Positions 17,671-26,177 of a stretch of 64,000 nucleotides of DNA are shown here, in pieces. How positions within the stretch are numbered: the stretch's first letter is position 1; the number at the start of each line of letters is the position of its first letter. The translations under genes were made by a program, and so were the position numbers. Below the pieces are notes generated by a model, which worked only from the letters and a program-made list of their open reading frames with translations, was not told where the DNA came from and did not search any database. Source of the stretch: Candidatus Dormibacteria bacterium (GTDB taxonomy: Bacteria > Chloroflexota > Dormibacteria > Aeolococcales > Aeolococcaceae); NCBI GenBank assembly GCA_050012735.1, contig JBEKGP010000004.1:8918-72917 (forward strand), given 5' to 3'.

Positions 17671-19008
17671 CCTCTGGTGGAGCACGTCGACGAAGTCCTG
17701 GTGCTCGGGCTTCATGAGCACGCTGCGCAGGATGCGGACGGCGTCACTCCTGGTCTCGATGTCGGGATGGCGACGGTGGAGGCCCTCGGCGGTGACGCGC
17801 GCCACGCTGAGGTAGACGGGGTCGTCGGCTGCCATGGCCCGCTCGAAAAGGCGTTGGCTGGCGGCGTCGACGCCAGGCCCCGTCATCCCGTCCTTCCAGG
17901 GAAAGTGGGCGACGATGTCCAGCTCGGGCTCCTGGTACAGCCGCAGGCGCTCCGACCCGTCGATGAGTCGGGCAAAGCTGACCGCGGCCCGGCGGCAGGC
18001 ACCCAGGATCGCGCCCAGTCCGTCCGGGGTGAGAGGGAAGAGCTGGAGGGTCGTCCACAGCGCCGCGGCGGCGGCCCCGGCACGGGAGCACTCCAGCGAG
18101 ATCTCACCGAGGTGCAGCTCCGAGGAGGTGAAGTAGGTGTAAGGGGAGTCGTGGGCGTAGAAGCGGCCGACCGACGGGTCGCGTAAGAGCACGCAGCCGC
18201 AGCCGTAGGGCTGGAGCCCGTGCTTGTGCGGGTCCACGACCACCGAGTCGCACTCGGCGATGGCGCGGAACGGCGCGGCGGGGATGCCGCCCGAACCCTC
18301 CCATCCGAGGATCGTGTAGAAGCCGCCGTATGCGGCGTCTACGTGGAGCCGCACCCCGTATCGCTCGCGCAGCGAGAGCGCCTCGTCGATTGGGTCGACC
18401 GCCCCCAGCGCGGTGGTCCCGGCGGTCAGCACCAGGGTGCCGATGGTGTCGGTCTGCAGCAGGTGCTCCAGGGCGGCGAGGTCCATCCGCCCCCGCGAAT
18501 CGGCGGGCACCCGGACCCCGCGAATGCCGAGCAGCCGGCACATCCGCTCATGGGTGTAGTGGGCCTCCTCGCTGAAGGCGACCGCGGCATCCGGCCTCAG
18601 CTCCCGGGCTACGAAGAGGGCCTCCAGGTTGGCGATGGTCCCGCTCGAGGTCAGGTGCCCGAGGAAGTCGCGGGGATAGTGGAACATCGCGGCAATGGCT
18701 GCCACCGCCTCCCGCTCCAGCGCGGCGGTCGCCGGCCCCCCGTCGAGGGCGTGATTGTTTGGATTGATGAGCATCGCCATCAGATAGGCGGCAGCCGCCG
18801 CGGGATGGGGCGGCTTGAGCATCTGGCCGGCGTAGCTCGGGTGGAAGAAGGGGTAGTTGTCCCCCAGCCGCCGGCCCAGCTCCTCCAGGACGAGCTGCGC
18901 CCGCTCCGGGGTGACGGCCATCGAGGGGTGGGAGGTGACGGCGGGCCAGCCCGCCTCCCAGCGCCGCACCGTCTCGACGGCCTGCAGGCTGGCGGCGTCG
19001 AGGTCCAT
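17650..19008 (-). CDS. pyridoxal-phosphate dependent decarboxylase, group II
   Basis: HVDAAYGGF and the PLP-lysine motif VVDPHKHGLQPYGCGCVLLRD, at about 450 aa length. Substrate not inferable. Confidence 0.85.
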   Translation of the reverse strand: MDLDAASLQAVETVRRWEAGWPAVTSHPSMAVTPERAQLVLEELGRRLGDNYPFFHPSYAGQMLKPPHPAAAAAYLMAMLINPNNHALDGGPATAALEREAVAAIAAMFHYPRDFLGHLTSSGTIANLEALFVARELRPDAAVAFSEEAHYTHERMCRLLGIRGVRVPADSRGRMDLAALEHLLQTDTIGTLVLTAGTTALGAVDPIDEALSLRERYGVRLHVDAAYGGFYTILGWEGSGGIPAAPFRAIAECDSVVVDPHKHGLQPYGCGCVLLRDPSVGRFYAHDSPYTYFTSSELHLGEISLECSRAGAAAAALWTTLQLFPLTPDGLGAILGACRRAAVSFARLIDGSERLRLYQEPELDIVAHFPWKDGMTGPGVDAASQRLFERAMAADDPVYLSVARVTAEGLHRRHPDIETRSDAVRILRSVLMKPEHQDFVDVLHQRLFSLAG

Positions 19009-19096
19009 CGGACGGGAAGTCTACCGGGGCCCGGCAGGGGCACCCCGGAGCGGGGGGACAGGAGACGCCCCGGAATGGCGGTTTTCGGCAACATGC

Positions 19097-19102
19097 TATA
19101 GT
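19097..19102 (+). promoter_or_regulatory. candidate -10 element (TATAGT) for the padR-ABC operon
   Basis: TATAGT ends 12 nt before ATG 19115 and no SD lies between them. It overlaps the inverted repeat GTGCGT-N16-ACGCAC (19101-19128), which spans the start codon. Confidence 0.4.
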
Positions 19103-19114
19103 GCGTAATGCAAT

Positions 19115-19786
19115 ATGTCGCAACGCACCTTGAGACCTCCGCAGGGGACCATCGCCCTGACCGCGCTCGCCCTGTTCACCGAGCGGCCCATTCACCCGTA
19201 CGAGATGCAGCGGCTGATGCACGACCGGCGTAAGGACTATGCCGAGGGCAAGATGCGCGCCCTCTACCGGGCCATCGACGAGCTCCAGGCCGCTGGCTGG
19301 ATCGAGCCCGCGGAGACGACTCGAGAGGGACATCGCCCGGAGCGGACCGTGTACCGGGTCACCGCCGACGGGCATGAGGCGCTCGAGGACTGGCTCCAGG
19401 ACATCCTGGAGAAGCCGGCCCGCGAGCACCTGGTGTTCACCGCCGCAGTGGGCCTCCTCGCCTACCTGCCTCAGGACCGCGCCATGGACGCGTTGCAGCA
19501 CCGGAGCGTCGAGCTCCGCGCCGAGCTGGCCGCCCGCGGCCAAGCCTCCGCAGCCCTGGACCAGGAGATGCACCTGCCCCGGGTGGTCCTGCTCGAGGAC
19601 GAGCACGAGCGGGTGCTCCGGGAGGCCGAGCTGCGCTGGGTCGTCTCGCTCCTGGACGACATGCGGGCCGGCCGTCTGGCCTGGGATCGCGAGAGCCTGA
19701 ACGCCCATTTCGAAGCCATGCACGATCATGAGATGGCCCGGCGGCGACACCACCGCGGGCCGGTCTCCGACCCTGAGCAGTCATAG
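19115..19786 (+). CDS. PadR family transcriptional regulator
   Basis: PIHPYEMQRLM....ALYRAIDELQAAGWIE.......RTVYRVTADGHEAL is the PadR wHTH pattern. Confidence 0.85.
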   Translation: MSQRTLRPPQGTIALTALALFTERPIHPYEMQRLMHDRRKDYAEGKMRALYRAIDELQAAGWIEPAETTREGHRPERTVYRVTADGHEALEDWLQDILEKPAREHLVFTAAVGLLAYLPQDRAMDALQHRSVELRAELAARGQASAALDQEMHLPRVVLLEDEHERVLREAELRWVVSLLDDMRAGRLAWDRESLNAHFEAMHDHEMARRRHHRGPVSDPEQS

Positions 19787-19809
19787 GCATCCAGAGGGAG
19801 AGCCCACCG

Positions 19810-20757
19810 ATGATTCACACGAGAGGCCTGCGCCGCACCTTCAAAGGCAGAAGGGGGGCGGTCGAGGCGGTTGCCGGCGTCGACCTCGACGTCCTGGGAG
19901 GTCAGACCTTTGGCTTCCTCGGCCCCAACGGGGCCGGCAAGACGACCACCCTCCGCATGCTCTCCACCCTCCTGCCGGTGACCAGCGGCCAGGCCACGGT
20001 GGCCGGCTACGACCTCCGCCACCAGGCCGCCAAGGTGCGGGAGCGGATCGGGTACGTGAGCCAGGAGGGGAGCAGCTACTCCGAGGTGACCGGCCGCCGG
20101 GAGCTGACCATGCAGGGTCGCCTCTACGGGATGAACCGGGCGACGGCCGATAAGCGGGCTGCCGATCTGCTCGAGACCCTCGAACTCACCGACTGCGGCG
20201 ACCGCAAGACCAAGACGTACTCCGGCGGCCAGAAGCGGCGCCTCGACGTGGGCATCGGGCTCATGCATCTGCCCGACCTCCTCTTTCTGGACGAACCGAC
20301 CACCGGCCTCGATCCCCAAAGCCGGGCCCGGATGTGGGACGAGGTGCGAAGGCTGCGCCAATCAGGCACCACCGTCTTTCTCACCACTCACTACCTGGAG
20401 GAGGCCGACGCGCTCTGCGACCGCATCGCCATCATCGACCACGGGAGGATCGTCGCCGAGGGCACTCCCGAGGAGCTCAAGCGCGAGGTCGCCGGGGACG
20501 TCGTGTTGGTCGGACCGGAGGGCCCGATCGACAAGGCACGTGACGTCCTCAAGGGGCAGGACTTCATCCGCGAGCTGGCCGAGGAGGACGATGTCCTCCG
20601 TCTCTACGTCGATCGCGGGGAGACAGCGATGCCCCAGATCATCCGGCTCCTCGACGGCGCGGGCGTCAGCCTCGCCACCCTCTCGCTGCATCGTCCATCG
20701 CTGGACGATGTCTTTTTCCACAAGACCGGGCGCTCGCTGCGCGAGACGGCGCCATGA
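19810..20757 (+). CDS. ABC transporter ATP-binding protein (DrrA/daunorubicin-resistance type)
   Basis: Walker A GPNGAGKTT, signature YSGGQKRRL, Walker B LLFLDEPTTGLD, and a C-terminal DrrA-like domain. Confidence 0.9.
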   Translation: MIHTRGLRRTFKGRRGAVEAVAGVDLDVLGGQTFGFLGPNGAGKTTTLRMLSTLLPVTSGQATVAGYDLRHQAAKVRERIGYVSQEGSSYSEVTGRRELTMQGRLYGMNRATADKRAADLLETLELTDCGDRKTKTYSGGQKRRLDVGIGLMHLPDLLFLDEPTTGLDPQSRARMWDEVRRLRQSGTTVFLTTHYLEEADALCDRIAIIDHGRIVAEGTPEELKREVAGDVVLVGPEGPIDKARDVLKGQDFIRELAEEDDVLRLYVDRGETAMPQIIRLLDGAGVSLATLSLHRPSLDDVFFHKTGRSLRETAP

Positions 20758-20791
20758 CTGAGGCGATTGCGTTCCAGATGGAGTACAGACC

Positions 20792-21553
20792 GTGAAGCTG
20801 CTGCGCGACACCTGGCTGATGTTTGTCCGCTACTTCCTCATCTTCATCGGCAATCCGGCGTGGGTGATCATCGGCGTCATCCAGCCGGTCCTCTACCTCC
20901 TCCTCTTCGCCCCCCTGCTCAAGTCGATCGTGCACATTCCGGGATTCCCGCCGGGCGGTGCCTACAACGTCTTCGTGCCCGGCCTGCTGATCCAGCTCGG
21001 CCTCTTCGGCGCGAGCGGCGTCGGCTTCGGCCTGATCGACGAGCTGCGGTCGGGGGTGATCGAGCGCTTCCGCGTCACCCCGGTCAGCCGGCTGGCGCTG
21101 CTGCTCGGGCGCGCCTTCCGCGACATCCTGACCCTGCTCATCCAGTCATTGATCCTGATGGGGCTGGCGATCCCCTTTGGGCTCCAGCCAACGTTCGTCG
21201 GCGTGGTGGTGATGCTGGGCCTGGTCGCTCTCATCGGGCTGGGGATGTCCTCCCTCGCCTACGCAGCGGCGCTCGCCCTCAAGGACGAGAACTCCTACGC
21301 GCCGCTCGTCTTCACGCTCTCGCTCCCCCTGCTGCTCCTGAGCGGCGTCCTGCTGCCGCTGCAGCTGGCACCCCAGTGGCTCCAGGACATCGCCAAGGCC
21401 AACCCGCTCTCCTACGCGGTCACCGCCGCGCGTGACGTCTTCAACGGCAACGGCGGCTCCCCCGATGTGTGGAAGGGGCTGGCGATCATGGCGGCCCTGG
21501 CGATTGTCGGCATTGCGGTCGGTGCACGGAGGTTCTCCCGGGCCATCGCGTAA
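20792..21553 (+). CDS. ABC-2 type transporter permease (DrrB-like)
   Basis: Six hydrophobic segments, about 250 aa, immediately downstream of the DrrA-like ATPase. GTG start. Confidence 0.85.
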   Translation: MKLLRDTWLMFVRYFLIFIGNPAWVIIGVIQPVLYLLLFAPLLKSIVHIPGFPPGGAYNVFVPGLLIQLGLFGASGVGFGLIDELRSGVIERFRVTPVSRLALLLGRAFRDILTLLIQSLILMGLAIPFGLQPTFVGVVVMLGLVALIGLGMSSLAYAAALALKDENSYAPLVFTLSLPLLLLSGVLLPLQLAPQWLQDIAKANPLSYAVTAARDVFNGNGGSPDVWKGLAIMAALAIVGIAVGARRFSRAIA

Positions 21554-21643
21554 CGTCTTCCTTCCGCGCGGGTGGTGCCGAACCGCACCAACCAGGGGTC
21601 AACCCGTAGGCGATCCTCCGTCGGCCTGCCCGAGACCGATGCC

Positions 21644-22669
21644 TCAGCGGCGGCGGAGCCGGCTGTCGGTGATCTCGGGCGGAGCCCAGCCGGCGTCGGC
21701 CGGGTTGAGGTTGGTCCCCGGCGGCACGATCTCGTCGATGCGGGCGAGGGTGGCCTCGTCGAGGGTCACCTCGGCCGCGCCGAGCTGGCTCTCCAGATGC
21801 TCCATGGTGCGAGGCCCGATGATCGCGGCGGTCACCGCGGGGTGGCGGATCACGAACGCGATGGCGAGGTGGATGAGGCTCATGCCCGCCTCGCCAGCCA
21901 GCTTGGTCAGCGCATCGACGGCCTCGAGCTTGCGCTGGTTGACGGGGAGCTTCAGATCGTAGCGATCCGGCAGCCGGCTGGCCCGGGCACTGGCCGGTGT
22001 CGCCACACCACGATGGTAGGCGCCGGAGAGGAACCCTCCCGCGAGGGGGCTCCACGGTATTACTCCCAGGCCGTACTTCTGGCAGACGGGAAGCACCTCG
22101 GTCTCGACGCCGCGCACGAGAAGCGAGTACGGCGGCTGCTCGCAGACGAAGCGCTCCCGGCCCCGGCGCTCGGCGACCCACTGGGCCTCGACGATCTGCG
22201 ACGGGGGGAAGGTCGAGCTGCCGAAGGCGCGGATCTTGCCGGCACGCTGCAGGTCGCTCAGCGCCCCCAGGGTCTCGTCGATGTCGCAGCTCGGATCCGG
22301 CCGGTGGATCTGATAGAGGTCGATCCAGTCGGTCTGCAGCCGGCGGAGGCTCGACTCGCACTCGCGGATGATCCAGCGCCGCGAGTTGCCCTGGGCATTG
22401 GGATCGTCGCCCATCTGGCCGTGCGCCTTGGTGGCGAGCACCACCTGATCCCGCCGTCCCCCGGCGAGAGCCTTGCCAACGATCTGCTCGGACTCCCCCT
22501 GCGAGTAGACGTCGGCGGTGTCCACGAAGTTGATCCCCGCGTCGAGGGCGCGATGGATGATGCGGATCGACTCCTCGTGGTCCTTGGTGCCCCAGGCGCC
22601 GAACATCATGGCGCCGAGGCAGAGTGGGCTGACCTGGATCCCAGTACGGCCGAGCGTGCGGTGCTGCAT
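21644..22669 (-). CDS. aldo/keto reductase
   Basis: MQHRTLGRTGIQVSPLCLGAMMFG, INFVDTADVYSQGESE, LQTDWIDLYQIHRPD are classic AKR motifs. Confidence 0.9.
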   Translation of the reverse strand: MQHRTLGRTGIQVSPLCLGAMMFGAWGTKDHEESIRIIHRALDAGINFVDTADVYSQGESEQIVGKALAGGRRDQVVLATKAHGQMGDDPNAQGNSRRWIIRECESSLRRLQTDWIDLYQIHRPDPSCDIDETLGALSDLQRAGKIRAFGSSTFPPSQIVEAQWVAERRGRERFVCEQPPYSLLVRGVETEVLPVCQKYGLGVIPWSPLAGGFLSGAYHRGVATPASARASRLPDRYDLKLPVNQRKLEAVDALTKLAGEAGMSLIHLAIAFVIRHPAVTAAIIGPRTMEHLESQLGAAEVTLDEATLARIDEIVPPGTNLNPADAGWAPPEITDSRLRRR

Positions 22670-22689
22670 GGCTCAGACGATACGCGCCC

Positions 22690-22859
22690 GGTACGCGACC
22701 CCGGCTGAGACCGACCACCGTGAAGGCCGCCGCTGGGGCACGTTGTCGAAGTGGGGGCTTGCGACAGCAATGACGATCCGCGGCGGGTACTCGACCCCGG
22801 CCGGGAACGACCACCGTGAAGGCCGCCGGTGGGGCACGTCGTCGAAGTGGGGGCTTGCG
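22690..22859. repeat. two direct copies of a 74-nt unit (22690-22763 and 22786-22859), period 96 nt
   Basis: Hand alignment shows 6 mismatches over 74 nt. Each unit carries an internal hairpin CCACCG-N10-CGGTGG (perfect in copy 2 at 22811-22832, one mismatch in copy 1). Confidence 0.85.
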
Positions 22860-22894
22860 CAGGCGCGAGATGCAATCGCGCCGAGCACGAGGCG

Positions 22895-22913
22895 CGGACA
22901 GCAGAGCTGTCCG
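22895..22913 (-). terminator. candidate terminator hairpin downstream of gcdH
   Basis: CGGACAGC-AGA-GCTGTCCG gives an 8-bp perfect stem with a 3-nt loop, about 110 nt after the gcdH stop. There is no U-tract. Confidence 0.35.
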
Positions 22914-22935
22914 ACGCCGGTCCCCCCGAGACGAG

Positions 22936-23006
22936 GTGCCCCACCGGCAGCCCGCCCGCGCGAATGCGACCCCCCAAGACGATGTGCCCCACCGGCAGCC
23001 CGCCCG
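22936..23006. repeat. two direct copies of GTGCCCCACCGGCAGCCCGCCCG (22936-22958 and 22984-23006), period 48 nt
   Basis: The 23-nt repeat is exact. Its core is the reverse complement of the CCGGTGGGGCAC core in the 96-nt units. Arms 22822-22843 and 22930-22951 can pair at 20 of 22 positions. Confidence 0.85.
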
Positions 23007-23020
23007 GGAGATAGCGCCGA

Positions 23021-24226
23021 CTACGCGAACGCGTCCTCGCCGGTGATCGCCTTGCCGAGGATCAGGGTGTGCACCTCCTCGGTCCCCTCGTAGGTGAGCA
23101 CCGCCTCCAGGTTTGCCATGTGGCGGGCGACCGGGTAGTCGAGGGTGAGCCCATTGGCCCCGAGGATGGTCCGGGCGGCCCGGGCGATCTCGATGGCGGC
23201 GCGCGTGTTGGCCCGCTTGGCGAGAGCCACCTGGACGGTGTGCGCCCTGCCGGTGTGCTTCACGGTGCCGAGCCGGTGGGCCACCAGCCGGCCCTGGACC
23301 AGCCGGGTCGCCATATCGGCGAGCTTGGCCTGGGTGAGCTGAAAGTGCGCGATCGGATGGCCGAAGGCCTCGCGACTCCGGGCGTACTCGACAGCCGCTT
23401 CGAAGCAGGCACGGGCGGCGCCGAGCACGCCCCACGCGATGCCGAAGCGGGCCTCGTCGAGGCAGGCGAGGGGACCGCCCAGCCCACGCGCCCCCGGCAA
23501 TAGTGACGCCTCCGGCACCCTGACCTCGTCCAGGATCAGCTCGGAGGTCACCGACGCACGCAAGGAAAGCTTGCCCTGGATGTCGCAGACCGAGAAGCCG
23601 GGCGTGCCGCGCTCCACCAGGAAGCCGCGAATGCCCTCGTCGGTCTGTGCCCAGACCACGGCTACGTCAGCGAGCGAGCCGTTGGTGATCCACATCTTGG
23701 TGCCGGAGACTACCCAGTCGCCTCCCGCGCGCCGGGCGCGGGTGCGCATCGCCGCCGGGTCGCTGCCGGCGTCGGGCTCGGTCAGCCCGAAGCAGCCAAT
23801 CGCCCTCCCCGCGGCCATCTCGGGGAGCCACCTCTGTCGCTGCTCGTCGCTGCCGAAGCGGTGGATGGGGAACATCGCCAGCGATCCCTGCACCGAGACG
23901 AAGGAGCGCAGCCCGCTGTCGCCGGCCTCCAGCTCCTCGCAGGCCACCCCGTACGCCACCGCCGAAGCGCCGGCGCAGCCATACCCTTCGAGGTGCATCC
24001 CCAGCAGGCCCAGCTCGGCCAGCTCGGGGATCAGCTCTCGGGGAAAGGTCCCGGCCGCGAAGTGCGTGGCCACCTGGGGCAGAAACCGCTTGCGGACGAA
24101 GCCCCGCACCGTCAGCTGGATGAGCCGCTCCTCATCGGAGAGGAGCTCATCGACGGCGTAGAGGTCGGCCGGATCGAGGCGTGGCCGCGCCCCGCCGGGA
24201 GCCCTGTCGGTCGCCATGCCCCCCAT
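23021..24226 (-). CDS. gcdH: glutaryl-CoA dehydrogenase (acyl-CoA dehydrogenase family)
   Basis: Collinear with GCDH over the full length. Matching segments include GCFGLTEPDAGSDPAAMRTRA, GTKMWITNGSLADV, RGLGGPLACLDEARFGIAWG and YEGTEEVHTLILG. The start is ATG 24226 or ATG 24217. Confidence 0.9.
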   Translation of the reverse strand: MGGMATDRAPGGARPRLDPADLYAVDELLSDEERLIQLTVRGFVRKRFLPQVATHFAAGTFPRELIPELAELGLLGMHLEGYGCAGASAVAYGVACEELEAGDSGLRSFVSVQGSLAMFPIHRFGSDEQRQRWLPEMAAGRAIGCFGLTEPDAGSDPAAMRTRARRAGGDWVVSGTKMWITNGSLADVAVVWAQTDEGIRGFLVERGTPGFSVCDIQGKLSLRASVTSELILDEVRVPEASLLPGARGLGGPLACLDEARFGIAWGVLGAARACFEAAVEYARSREAFGHPIAHFQLTQAKLADMATRLVQGRLVAHRLGTVKHTGRAHTVQVALAKRANTRAAIEIARAARTILGANGLTLDYPVARHMANLEAVLTYEGTEEVHTLILGKAITGEDAFA

Positions 24227-24275
24227 TGTCACATCAAGCGGCGGAGGGCGAACGGGAGGAGCCGGTCCGGCGACG

Positions 24276-25931
24276 TCAGTGACCGAGCCCCAGCTCGATG
24301 GCCTTGACGAGCAGCAGCAGCACGGCAATCAGGATGTACGCACCCATCGCCGTCATCCCGATCCTGCGGCCGCGCGACGGCACCGGCCGGGTGAGGAGAG
24401 CGATGGGCGGCATCCGCCACGTGAAGCGGTCCTCCTTGTCTCGCGCGCTCACGGTGGGCGCCAGGCGGCCGCGCGTGAAGAAACCGATCCCGATCAGCCC
24501 GACCACGAGGATGCTGCCGAAGATGATCAGCAGCAGGGTGACGCTGACACCCGAGAAGATGGTGGAGAAGACGAGGATCAGGGAGAGCACCACCAGGATG
24601 GCAAGGATGATGGTGGCGAGCACGTTGAGCCACGGCTTGTTGACCCAGGGGCCGAGCACGGCGGGGTCGTTGCAGAGGAGAAGCAGGAAGAGGCTGGCGC
24701 TCGGCAGCAGGGTCCCGGCCAGGGCCTGCACGGCGGTGGTGATCAGACCGAGCGGGGCGTGGGGGATGAGCACGATGCCCGCCGCCAGCACGACGACGGC
24801 GGTGAAGACGGCGTAGAAGGGCTTGGCCTCCCGCCAGGAGCGGTGCAGCGAATGGCGGATGCCGAAGACGTCTCCGAACGCGTAGGACGTTGCCAGGGTG
24901 ACGGCGCTCGCACCGATCACCGAAGCGTCGATGAGCAACACCGCGAAGATGTCGCCAAGCGCGGAGCTGACGTGCTTGGCCAGCCCCTCGGCGACCGTCT
25001 GCGCGTCTCCGAAGTGGCCTGCGAGCGCTGTGCCGTGGAAGGCCGTCGCGGTCGTGATCATGATGGCCGCAGCACCGATGACGACGACGAAGGCGCCCAC
25101 CACGGTGTCGGTGCGCTCGTACGCGATCCAGCGCGGGGTGATGCGCTTGTCGACGACATTCGACTGCTGGAAGAAGAGCTGCCACGGTGCCACCGTCGTC
25201 CCCACGATGGCAACGATGAGCAGCGCACCGTTGGAGCTCAGACCGCCCTGGATGCCCGGAATCAGGAATCCGTGCAGGACCGGCCCGAGCGTCGGGTGGG
25301 CAAGCACCGCCAGGGGTATCACCAGCGCGTTGCCCCCAAGGATGACGAACATCAGCCGTTCCCAGGTCGAGAACTTGCCCGTCACCGTGATGCCGATCAG
25401 AAAGATGGCGCCGATGGGGACGGCAATGTACGGGCTCACCCCGAAGTAGGCGGCGCCCAAGCCGATGCCGATGAACTCGGTGGTGATGGTGAGGAAGTTG
25501 AGGAGGAAGAGGTCGCCGACCGAGAACCATCCCCAGAACTTGCCGAAGCGCTCGAAGATGAGCCGCCCATGACCGACCCCGGTGACCGCGCCGAGGCGGA
25601 CCACCATCTCCTGGTTGACGATCAGCACCGGGATCAGCAGGACCAGCACCCAGAGCAGGCTGTGGCCGTAGTTCTGCCCCGCCTGGGCGTAGGTCGCCAC
25701 GCCGCCGGCGTCGTTGTCGCCGACCATGACGATGAGCCCCGGGCCCATGATCACGGCCAGCGCGAGCAACCTCCGCCGCCAGGTCCGCCGGGTGCCGTGC
25801 TCCTGCTCGTGGATGGTGCCGAAGGCACCCTTGATGTCGCCGAGATGGGCGTCGTCGAGGACCGCGCTGCTCCGCGCCTTCCCCGCGCTGCCGTGCCTCT
25901 CGTCGACCAAGCCGGACCTCCCGCTGCCCAA
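24276..25931 (-). CDS. mntH: Nramp family divalent metal cation transporter (MntH-like) with extra C-terminal TM segments
   Basis: GPGLIVMVGDNDAGGVATYAQAGQNYG and NQEMVVRLGAVTG are the Nramp TM1/TM2 signatures. At about 550 aa it is roughly 100 aa longer than typical MntH. The start may be TTG 25910, which has GGGAGG 6 nt upstream, rather than TTG 25931. Confidence 0.85.
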   Translation of the reverse strand: MGSGRSGLVDERHGSAGKARSSAVLDDAHLGDIKGAFGTIHEQEHGTRRTWRRRLLALAVIMGPGLIVMVGDNDAGGVATYAQAGQNYGHSLLWVLVLLIPVLIVNQEMVVRLGAVTGVGHGRLIFERFGKFWGWFSVGDLFLLNFLTITTEFIGIGLGAAYFGVSPYIAVPIGAIFLIGITVTGKFSTWERLMFVILGGNALVIPLAVLAHPTLGPVLHGFLIPGIQGGLSSNGALLIVAIVGTTVAPWQLFFQQSNVVDKRITPRWIAYERTDTVVGAFVVVIGAAAIMITTATAFHGTALAGHFGDAQTVAEGLAKHVSSALGDIFAVLLIDASVIGASAVTLATSYAFGDVFGIRHSLHRSWREAKPFYAVFTAVVVLAAGIVLIPHAPLGLITTAVQALAGTLLPSASLFLLLLCNDPAVLGPWVNKPWLNVLATIILAILVVLSLILVFSTIFSGVSVTLLLIIFGSILVVGLIGIGFFTRGRLAPTVSARDKEDRFTWRMPPIALLTRPVPSRGRRIGMTAMGAYILIAVLLLLVKAIELGLGH

Positions 25932-26177
25932 TGGGACAGCACAACTGAGCGGGCCCGCCGCTCAGGAGGTCACGACGAAGTCAGACCTCTGGGCTAACGT
26001 GCCTCATTGCGCCGGCGCGCCACGACGTCGCAGATGACGTGGGTGGAGCTCCGGACTGCCTACTATCGCCGTCTTCCATGGGCACCTCTGGCTGCTGACT
26101 GCCGGCGCCAGTCTACCAGGGGGCGGCGAACCTCCCGACCCGGGTCCCGCGGGATCAGCGACCGTTAATCATCCGCA

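Noticed and set aside
22690-23006. The repeat block as a CRISPR array.
   Set aside because: There are only two copies of each unit. The units are 74 and 23 nt with periods of 96 and 48 nt and little unique spacer. The two families are inverted relative to each other, and no cas genes are in the window.
24216-25997. A 593-aa plus-strand ORF covering the whole Nramp locus.
   Set aside because: It is antisense to a gene with clear Nramp signatures. Its translation is Arg/Gly/Asp/His-rich low complexity with no motif. Long shadow ORFs of this kind are expected opposite real genes in very GC-rich DNA.
25932-26177. A possible Mn (yybP-ykoY) riboswitch or DtxR/MntR operator in the 246-nt region upstream of the Nramp gene.
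   Set aside because: On the minus strand there are only loose resemblances to riboswitch cores (GATAGTAGGC, TTAGCCCAGAGGTC) and a partial GGCTAAC. The conserved GGGGAGTAG and four-helix arrangement are not reproduced, and that riboswitch normally controls exporters. Only an 8-bp hairpin (25945-25965) is solid.
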